Assembly: GCA_036381535.1 (NCBI GenBank)
Contig: DASVCQ010000047.1
Coordinates: 1-44,020, forward strand
From: Patescibacteria group bacterium
Lineage (GTDB): Bacteria > Patescibacteriota > Microgenomatia > Levybacterales > UBA12049
Reading direction: 5' to 3'
Length of the DNA: 44,020 nt
The stretch's first letter is position 1. Each line of letters opens with the position of its first letter. Positions 22,412 through 29,098 of the stretch are shown piece after piece. The notes beneath the pieces are model-generated. The model did not search any database, had not been told where the DNA came from, and saw only the letters and a list, made by a program, of their open reading frames with translations. The position numbers and the translations under genes are program-made.

Positions 22412-24740
22412 GGGCAGCCTCAACGGATACGGAGATATTACCGGCTAATCTAGGAAGTATTTGGGGTAGGAAAAATAAATTAGGAGAAAGCTTGAAATTA
22501 ACATCCGAAAATTGAGGAGTTGCTGATAATATCTCTTTTGCTTGGGCAAATGATTTTCCTGCAATTTGACCAGAAATAGTCTTTGTATCTAAATTTGGAA
22601 GCATGGCAGCTTTCATATGAAGATTTGCTTTCGCTGTGCCATTTTTAACACTCAAATCTTCGACGTCATAGGTAATTCCCTCGGGTGCAAGGGTCAGGTC
22701 TGATGGTAATTGCCCTTGCATGGCAGACTTTGTGTAGGCATCTATATCTGATTTTTTATATGAAATCGACTGGAAGGAGACTGTCCCGGAAAGATTTATT
22801 GTGCTTGCTTCATCTCCGACTTTTTTATCATAGTCACTTTTAACTAGCGTTGTTTTGGTGAAGCTGGGAAGAATTACCATATCTGAGTTAGCTTGTTGCT
22901 GCAGGTCTTCTTTTGCCTTGTCCGATAAATTAGACGTTAGCTGAGTAGCCAAACTATCCAAATCTTTTTGTGAGACGACAGTGACTGTTTTTTTACTTCC
23001 GCCTGAAAATGGATTGTCATTTTTTGCGGCAATAGAGCTCAGGCTGCCAATAGAAAATTTTGCGCCTGAGGGGACATTGTAATCAGTCCCAATATCACTT
23101 GCTGTCACGTTAACATTTGCTGTTCCTGCGGATAAATTGGTTGGATCAGAAGATCCTGATGCAACATTTACATCACTATCCAAAGTAAATTTAAGACTGC
23201 TTGAGCATCCTGATGTACAAGTAATTGTTGTCCCGGAAGAAAAGGAATGCGAAGAGCTATCACTATTAAAAATAGTTATGGTCCCTTTTGCTTTGTCTCC
23301 GACGTCTTTACTCCCTGTTGCGCTTCCGGACACTTTACCATCCTCACTAGCGCTAACAACAGAGCTTTGTATTGTGCCTGAATTTGTATCTGTCGAATCG
23401 GTTGTTGAAAAAGTCACAGCTTGGGTTTGCTCTATAATTTTAGGAGTGAGTGAAAGAGTAGCACTTGCATGAATACCGAAAATATACCAAATAAAGAAAA
23501 TAACAACTAATATTAAAATAACGGGAATTAAAAAGATAAGCTTATTACCTTGGGGCATGGAAATAGACGAAAAAGCGGAAAAAATACTTTTTGTAAAAGA
23601 TGAATTTCTGGGAAGCCCACTTTTTATTTTTAGAAAAGTATTTTTTGCTCCTTCAAAAAAAGCAGGTCCGCTAATAGTAAAACCTAAAGGCTCGGATTCT
23701 TCCGTCTCTTTTACTTCCTCAGGAATTTCTTCGAAGGAATCAGACCTCACATTTGTAGGATGAGGGGGTTCTGTTTTTGCAATATCTTCGTCTTTAACAA
23801 AACCAAAAAACTCCTGATTTTCCTCTTCATTTGAATCTTCTTTTTCTTTTGGCGTGTCCAGTGATTTTTCTTCTTTTTCTTCCTCAATGTCCTCTTCGGG
23901 AGCTTGGACAGCTTCCTTTTCCTCTTCTAATTCTTCTGCAGGGATAGCCTTGTTGGTTGCCAGTTGAGACTTTACCAAATCTATTGCATCAAATCCCATT
24001 TGTGTTGCTGTGCCAAAAAGAATTGCTCTTGTATCAAAATCAGGTGAAAGAGTTGAGACCTGAGGTACATGTAAAAAGGGAATAGATTTACTCCAATGAT
24101 GGCTTATAAAAGATCTTTCAATTTTTTTGTCGTTGCTGTCAAAAATAATCAGACGTGAAGGGAATATCTCAATATTTTCAAATTGTAAAAGTGCATTTTC
24201 AACAGTTTCTGTCAGAGGTTGGGTAAGAGGTACTTCTTTAGTGTCAACAATTCTACCTGCTCTTATTAAAGTAAGACTTACTGTCTTTTTACCAATATCA
24301 ATTAAAATACCGGATACCGGTGCACCTTCTTCTTTTTGGAGTAAGTGAGCGATTGCTTCAGGAAATACCAAAAAGCCTATCGGTTGAAGGTCTAATTCTT
24401 CACTCATTTGCTTAAGTTTTCCCAGATATTCTTTTGTAATATGAGAGTCTTCAACCCAGCTTTCCTTAACCCCAAAAACAGTCTTATGCGTCTGAATCCC
24501 TTCAGGAAGAGACTGCTCGGCAATACTGATTGCTTTGTCTGCTGCGCTGAGGAGACCTTCTTGGGAAATTGTTTCTAGTGATGATGGTAATTCTGCTTTT
24601 CCTTGTCCAATAACCTGAATGCGTCCGCCTAACTCTTCAAAAACAACGGCATGAACATGCTCTTCACGTAGTAGAAAAGCCAAAAAATATTCCCTAGGTG
24701 GAGTTTTCTTAAATATTGAAGACAGTATTGGCAGCTTCAT
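22404..24740 (-). CDS. Large bitopic membrane protein: FtsA/PilM-like actin-fold N-domain, acidic linker, one TM helix, Ser/Thr-rich extracellular domain
   Basis: The N-terminal ~250 aa include LQPIGFLVFPEAIAHLL and SGILIDIGKKTVSLTLIRAGRIV (actin-like ATPase phosphate-2-type block). TM helix LIFLIPVILILVVIFFIWYIFGI. The C-terminal ~350 aa are S/T/G/D-rich and beta-like. Confidence 0.55.
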   Translation of the reverse strand: MKLPILSSIFKKTPPREYFLAFLLREEHVHAVVFEELGGRIQVIGQGKAELPSSLETISQEGLLSAADKAISIAEQSLPEGIQTHKTVFGVKESWVEDSHITKEYLGKLKQMSEELDLQPIGFLVFPEAIAHLLQKEEGAPVSGILIDIGKKTVSLTLIRAGRIVDTKEVPLTQPLTETVENALLQFENIEIFPSRLIIFDSNDKKIERSFISHHWSKSIPFLHVPQVSTLSPDFDTRAILFGTATQMGFDAIDLVKSQLATNKAIPAEELEEEKEAVQAPEEDIEEEKEEKSLDTPKEKEDSNEEENQEFFGFVKDEDIAKTEPPHPTNVRSDSFEEIPEEVKETEESEPLGFTISGPAFFEGAKNTFLKIKSGLPRNSSFTKSIFSAFSSISMPQGNKLIFLIPVILILVVIFFIWYIFGIHASATLSLTPKIIEQTQAVTFSTTDSTDTNSGTIQSSVVSASEDGKVSGSATGSKDVGDKAKGTITIFNSDSSSHSFSSGTTITCTSGCSSSLKFTLDSDVNVASGSSDPTNLSAGTANVNVTASDIGTDYNVPSGAKFSIGSLSSIAAKNDNPFSGGSKKTVTVVSQKDLDSLATQLTSNLSDKAKEDLQQQANSDMVILPSFTKTTLVKSDYDKKVGDEASTINLSGTVSFQSISYKKSDIDAYTKSAMQGQLPSDLTLAPEGITYDVEDLSVKNGTAKANLHMKAAMLPNLDTKTISGQIAGKSFAQAKEILSATPQFSDVNFKLSPNLFFLPQILPRLAGNISVSVEAAHE

Positions 24741-24745
24741 CACAA

Positions 24746-24780
24746 TAGCTACTAGTTATTAGCTTCTAGTTACTAGTTTG
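24746..24780. repeat. Five tandem heptamers TAGCTAC TAGTTAT TAGCTTC TAGTTAC TAGTTTG
   Basis: TAG recurs every 7 nt, immediately upstream of the start of the 779-aa minus-strand gene. Confidence 0.7.
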
Positions 24781-24848
24781 AGCATAGCATGTTATACTCT
24801 CTGTAGCAAGTTAAACCAGTTTGGAAGTTCAGAGATGCAGATGAGGTA

Positions 24849-24877
24849 TTGCCATTACAAAATAAATTTTATACAAT
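24849..24877 (+). promoter_or_regulatory. Promoter TTGCCA-17-TACAAT, 9 nt before the ATG at 24887
   Basis: Hexamers at 24849-24854 and 24872-24877. Confidence 0.5.
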
Positions 24878-24886
24878 TACGCAGTT

Positions 24887-25087
24887 ATGGCAGAAAGAGT
24901 TAGGAAGCAAGTTTCAGTTCCAGAAGATCAAGCAGGAGATATGAATAATATGTTTAGGACCTTTGGCCTTAGATATACAAGACAGTACCGCTCAGATAGT
25001 GAGGGAAATCCAAGAACTCCAAATAATGCAAATGAGCAGTTTGTAACAGGTGATTTATCTAAGCGTACACCCAAACCCCAAGAATAG
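24887..25087 (+). CDS. Hypothetical small protein (66 aa)
   Basis: ORF preceded by a TTGCCA-17-TACAAT promoter, 9 nt upstream of the ATG. No family recognised. Confidence 0.35.
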   Translation: MAERVRKQVSVPEDQAGDMNNMFRTFGLRYTRQYRSDSEGNPRTPNNANEQFVTGDLSKRTPKPQE

Positions 25088-25143
25088 TTAGTAAATTTTG
25101 AATTTGTTTTAAGTTGATTAGTTTGATGCTCAAATAATAAAAG

Positions 25144-27081
25144 TTAACTGACCACTGCATAGAGTCTCATTAAATTATTTCCTAATTTTTCTTGTTTGGT
25201 TATTTTGAATGATTTGATTTCATTTGTGTGCTCAACATGAGGACCTCCGCAAAATTCCTTTGAATATGCATTGTAGTCTCCATCCTCGCCTGAGCCACCA
25301 ATGATATATACTTTGACTTGTTCCTGGTATTTTTCATCAAAAAGGCCAATCGCATTTATTTCTTTGGCTTTGCTAAGTGGCATCATTTCAAAATGTACAA
25401 CCAAATCTTCTTTTATTTTTTCATTTACTGTATGTTCTAACTTATTAATTTCTTTATCGGTTAATTTTCTATCAAAATTGAAGTCAAATCTAAGCCTTTG
25501 AGTAGTTATGTTGGACCCTTCCTGATGAACGTGATTTCCAAGCAAATCCCTAATTGCCTGATGCAAAAGGTGAGTTGCTGTATGACCTTTTATTGTTAAT
25601 TCCTGAGTATCCGCTAGTCCTCCCTTAAATTTGCCACTGGATGCGGTCTTTGACAAATTTTGGTGTTCTTTTATCTTCTCGGCTAATTCCTGCTGATTAA
25701 AGGTATACCCAAGGCTTTTAAGCTGAGTAGGGGAAAGGCCAAAAGATGAAATTGCTTTGAATGCTGTTTCAGGTGAAATTTCAACATTTCCCATAAGTTC
25801 GTCACCCTCTTTGACTCCTGGAAGGTTTTCAATTGTCATCCCCGACTTGATCGGGGATCCAGAAATTTCCTGGCTTCCAGCTTTCGCTGGAATGACATGG
25901 TGATTTTTTAATATATCTTTTTCAATCAGCCTCTTAGCATTAGAAAGTGTCCTTTCATAATTTTGTTTTTCAGTCTCAATGGTAAGCTCTATTGCTTCAA
26001 ATCTCTCAACCAATTCAGGATCAGTATCTTTGTATTGGTCAACAATAGTTTCAAGGATTGGGCGAATTTCTGTCTTAGTTTTTAATTCCCATAATTGGTC
26101 AAGGCTTCGCCTAATAAGTCTTCTTAGAATATAGCCGCGATCTTTGTTGGCAGGCATAACTCCGTTAGCAACCATTAATATGCTGCCTCCCAAATGGTCT
26201 GCAATAATTTGCATGTTCTTTCTGTTATCTTTATAAGATTTGTCCGTTAATTTCTCGATTGTTCGGATAGTCGGATAAAAAAGAGAAGTCTCAAACATGT
26301 CATGTTTGTTTTCAGTTGCACCGATAAGCCTTTCTAGTCCTCCTCCAAAGTCTACATTTTGCTGTGGTAGCTCGTTAAATGTCCCATCTGCATTTTTTAT
26401 ATACTGCATAAAAACAGAATTTCCGATTTCCCAATACCTTCCACAGTCACAATTCGGATGACATTTTTCATCTTTCCAGGGGCTTTTTTCATGAAGTTTG
26501 AGATCTGCTCCAAAATCATAAAATATTTCACTATCAGGTCCGCCTGGTTCGCCGGTTGGCATCTTATCTGGAGTGCCCGAGCGACTCCACCAATTTTTCT
26601 CTACACCGTATTCTAGAATACGTCCCTGCGGATCTATTCCTGATTGAGAAAAAAGCTCTTTCCAAATAGCTTTTGAGGTTAGGTCTTTGTCTATTTGGTC
26701 GCTCCCGGCAAAGATAGTAACGTAAAGTTTTTTAGGATCAAGCCCCAATTCTTTTGTATATAATTCCCAAACCCATGGTAATTGTTCGGTTTTAAAATAA
26801 TCTCCCAAAGACCAATTTCCAAGCATTCTAAAAAAAGTAGTGTGCCTGTTGTCTCCAACTTCTTCTATATCAACAGCCCTGAATGAATTTTGTACATCAA
26901 CGAGTCTTTTTCCTGCAGGGTGAGGCTCTCCCAATAAATATGGTACCAAAGGCTGCATCCCTGAGGATGTAAAAAGAGTTGTTGGGTCATTCTCAGGCAC
27001 CAGATTGGCACCCGGAATTCTTTTATGTCCTCGCTTTTCATAAAATGCAATAAAAATATCTATAATTTGTCGTGCAGTCAT
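25144..27081 (-). CDS. alaS: Alanine--tRNA ligase, short form (no C-Ala domain), carrying an in-frame palindromic-element insertion
   Basis: MTARQIIDIFIAFYEKRGHKRI, FTSSGMQP, class II core, editing domain HTATHLLHQA...CGGPHV. Start moved to 27081, which has TGtTATAAT 6 nt upstream. Confidence 0.9.
   Translation of the reverse strand: MTARQIIDIFIAFYEKRGHKRIPGANLVPENDPTTLFTSSGMQPLVPYLLGEPHPAGKRLVDVQNSFRAVDIEEVGDNRHTTFFRMLGNWSLGDYFKTEQLPWVWELYTKELGLDPKKLYVTIFAGSDQIDKDLTSKAIWKELFSQSGIDPQGRILEYGVEKNWWSRSGTPDKMPTGEPGGPDSEIFYDFGADLKLHEKSPWKDEKCHPNCDCGRYWEIGNSVFMQYIKNADGTFNELPQQNVDFGGGLERLIGATENKHDMFETSLFYPTIRTIEKLTDKSYKDNRKNMQIIADHLGGSILMVANGVMPANKDRGYILRRLIRRSLDQLWELKTKTEIRPILETIVDQYKDTDPELVERFEAIELTIETEKQNYERTLSNAKRLIEKDILKNHHVIPAKAGSQEISGSPIKSGMTIENLPGVKEGDELMGNVEISPETAFKAISSFGLSPTQLKSLGYTFNQQELAEKIKEHQNLSKTASSGKFKGGLADTQELTIKGHTATHLLHQAIRDLLGNHVHQEGSNITTQRLRFDFNFDRKLTDKEINKLEHTVNEKIKEDLVVHFEMMPLSKAKEINAIGLFDEKYQEQVKVYIIGGSGEDGDYNAYSKEFCGGPHVEHTNEIKSFKITKQEKLGNNLMRLYAVVS
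25835..25896 (-). mobile_element. 62-nt compound palindromic (REP/RPE-like) element inserted in frame within alaS
   Basis: Minus-strand sequence GTCATTCCAGCGAAAGCTGGAAGCCAGGAAATTTCTGGATCCCCGATCAAGTCGGGGATGAC. It has perfect 7-bp and 8-bp hairpins plus GTCAT/ATGAC termini. It is translated as VIPAKAGSQEISGSPIKSGMT. Confidence 0.7.
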
Positions 27082-27087
27082 GGAAGT

Positions 27088-27096
27088 ATTATAACA
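27088..27096 (-). promoter_or_regulatory. Extended -10 promoter TGtTATAAT for alaS, 6 nt before the ATG at 27081
   Basis: Minus-strand reading of 27088-27096. Confidence 0.5.
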
Positions 27097-27112
27097 AAAA
27101 AAAAGAGTACTA

Positions 27113-27141
27113 TTGTAAAAGTAAAGGGAACATGATACTAT
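27113..27141 (+). promoter_or_regulatory. Promoter TTGTAA-17-(TGa)TACTAT, 6 nt before the ATG at 27148
   Basis: Hexamers at 27113-27118 and 27136-27141. Confidence 0.5.
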
Positions 27142-27147
27142 AAGATC

Positions 27148-27525
27148 ATGAGTTTGGGCGTACAGAAAGAAACACCACAATGGCAGTATGATGGGAAGTT
27201 ATTTCCACAGACTCATCATATTTTTGACAAAGCAATGGACTTCGGAGATGTATCTGAGGCATCAGTGGATGCAAAAGGTACAACAGAGTATGCAAATAGA
27301 GCAATTGCTTTAGGTATTAGTTTAGCATTAGGTTTGCTAGGTTTTGAAGGATTATTAATGTCTCAGGGTGTTAAAATACCAGATCCTGTTCCGCTTATAA
27401 CAACATTCACAAGTATGGCATTACCATGGATTGGCGCAGCAATTGGGGAAAAGAGAAGTGGAGTAACAGACTATATTAAAACTACCCTCAGAAGATCCCA
27501 ACCGGAAGAACCCACTAAAAAATAG
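27148..27525 (+). CDS. Hypothetical membrane protein (125 aa)
   Basis: Two predicted TM segments. TTGTAA-17-TACTAT promoter 6 nt before the ATG. Confidence 0.45.
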   Translation: MSLGVQKETPQWQYDGKLFPQTHHIFDKAMDFGDVSEASVDAKGTTEYANRAIALGISLALGLLGFEGLLMSQGVKIPDPVPLITTFTSMALPWIGAAIGEKRSGVTDYIKTTLRRSQPEEPTKK

Positions 27526-27613
27526 TTTGACATTTTATTTTAGACAAAAGTAAAAGTCAGTGCATAAGTTATTCTATAGAAGAGCCAGCTGCATTAAGTT
27601 AATCTAAAGTAAC

Positions 27614-27642
27614 TTGTATTTTCTTCTTTAGAAGAGTTTAAT
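27614..27642 (+). promoter_or_regulatory. Promoter TTGTAT-17-TTTAAT, 7 nt before the ATG at 27650
   Basis: Hexamers at 27614-27619 and 27637-27642. Confidence 0.35.
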
Positions 27643-27649
27643 TATTCTA

Positions 27650-28732
27650 ATGACAGACTCACCTGAGAATTCAGATTTAAGGCCCAAAATTGTCCCTGTA
27701 CTTACTCCTAAAGAAAAAACATTGCAAAAGAGACTAGAAAGGCCTATAATTGGATCTCTTATGGAACTGCTTAAAAGATTTAGAGAAAAATTACCTGTAG
27801 TAGCAGACTCGGAAAGGCTCGTATCTAAAGATTTTAGATATGGTCAGGATGAAATAAAGAAAGAGGTTTTGGATTCTCTTAACCCCAGTAAAACTTTCAA
27901 AGAATATCTTGGACATGACAGGCTAATGCTTTCACCACAAGGGTTTGACGAGAGAGTATCAAACGGAACACTTTTTGAAACACTTACAGGAAAAGTAGGA
28001 GAAAAAAGACCAAGTTGGTTTGTTGAAATGCCTCACAGATATGTTGGCGGACATCTTGGTGGCGAACCTAAGGCTGATACTACGGATATACGCAATTTTG
28101 GTCCAGATAACTTTGCAAAATATCCACTTCATCCTTTTGCAAAAGAAATGCTAGAGAAGGGTGCCTTTACAGGTCCGGGATTTTATTACAGACTCGGTCC
28201 TAACTACACGGCAGATTCAGTTATATTGCGTGAGGAGCAAGGAAAACTCCAGGCTTTACTTATAGTAAGAACCGATGGTCAAGGTGTTGCAGTACCAGGC
28301 GGAATGATTGAGGGGAAAGACTTAAAAGATATGTCAACAGCTGCACTCAAAGTGGCATTAAGAGTTGCAAAAAGAGAAACAGGAGAAGAAGCAGGAATTG
28401 ATTTGGAGCATATTAAAAGTTTGCCAATTCCTGGGCTTCAGAAGGTAGTTGTTGGGGGAGATACTAGAGGAACAGTTGAGGCCTGGCCTGAGACTACTGT
28501 TTTTGTCTTTATGCCAAATAAAGAGACTGCTGCAAAATTAGAAAAACCTGTGGGTAAAGACGATGCAGAAAGTGCTGATTGGAAATGGATTGATGTTGGA
28601 GTAGATATGTTGTCATCGCATAAGAGCTACTTATGGCTAGGTATTAGAGAATGGGAAAAGGCAAATAAAAAAGTTGTTAGAAAAGACGGTACAATTGGCC
28701 GTGCTCCTCTTTTGTCTAGACTTAGAAGATAA
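27650..28732 (+). CDS. NUDT9-like Nudix hydrolase (putative ADP-ribose pyrophosphatase)
   Basis: GPNYTADSVIL ... VAVPGGMIEG ... RETGEEAGI resembles the NUDT9 GPNHAADPII / AIPGGMVDPGE / Nudix box arrangement as recalled. The protein also has a long N-terminal domain, as NUDT9 does. Confidence 0.6.
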   Translation: MTDSPENSDLRPKIVPVLTPKEKTLQKRLERPIIGSLMELLKRFREKLPVVADSERLVSKDFRYGQDEIKKEVLDSLNPSKTFKEYLGHDRLMLSPQGFDERVSNGTLFETLTGKVGEKRPSWFVEMPHRYVGGHLGGEPKADTTDIRNFGPDNFAKYPLHPFAKEMLEKGAFTGPGFYYRLGPNYTADSVILREEQGKLQALLIVRTDGQGVAVPGGMIEGKDLKDMSTAALKVALRVAKRETGEEAGIDLEHIKSLPIPGLQKVVVGGDTRGTVEAWPETTVFVFMPNKETAAKLEKPVGKDDAESADWKWIDVGVDMLSSHKSYLWLGIREWEKANKKVVRKDGTIGRAPLLSRLRR

Positions 28733-28766
28733 TTAATTTTCTTATATTATATGGTAGTATAAGAAA

Positions 28767-28862
28767 ATGCCACGCAAATTAGAAATCCCACTTCCTCAAA
28801 AAATCATCAAAGACAAAGACCGTTTGGTCCCCAAAAATTTTGTTTATGGGAAAGAAGGATAG
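28767..28862 (+). CDS. Possible 31-aa micro-ORF (MPRKLEIPLPQKIIKDKDRLVPKNFVYGKEG)
   Basis: Not in the track (under 60 aa). Its ATG lies 6 nt after TGgTAGTAT, the same geometry as other leaderless genes here. No other support. Confidence 0.2.
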   Translation: MPRKLEIPLPQKIIKDKDRLVPKNFVYGKEG

Positions 28863-28966
28863 TCTTTTAATAAGGCAAAGAAGCTTTAAAAAGAATAAAA
28901 AAAGAAAATATAGTTTACTTTTACCATTTTCTTACAATACTCTGTTAAAAAACTTAAAATAAGTGC

Positions 28967-28995
28967 TTGACATGCATTGGCGGGTATGGTATAAA
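28967..28995 (+). promoter_or_regulatory. rpoBC promoter TTGACA-17-(TGg)TATAAA
   Basis: Consensus -35 at 28967-28972, 17-nt spacer, extended -10 at 28987-28995. The leader is about 97 nt. Confidence 0.65.
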
Positions 28996-29015
28996 CATAC
29001 TTACCTTAGCAACTT

Positions 29016-29049
29016 AAAGGAAGGGTCTGTGTACCTTTTTCCTTTTTTT
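29016..29049 (+). promoter_or_regulatory. Terminator-like hairpin plus U-tract in the rpoB leader (candidate attenuator)
   Basis: AAAGGAAGGGT (29016-29026) pairs with ACCTTTTTCCTTT (29033-29045) with a 2-nt bulge and one G-U pair. It is followed by TTTT. Confidence 0.4.
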
Positions 29050-29098
29050 AGTGGCGAAGAAACCTGTCCATCCAATCCTTAATTAGAAAGCCTTGCAA

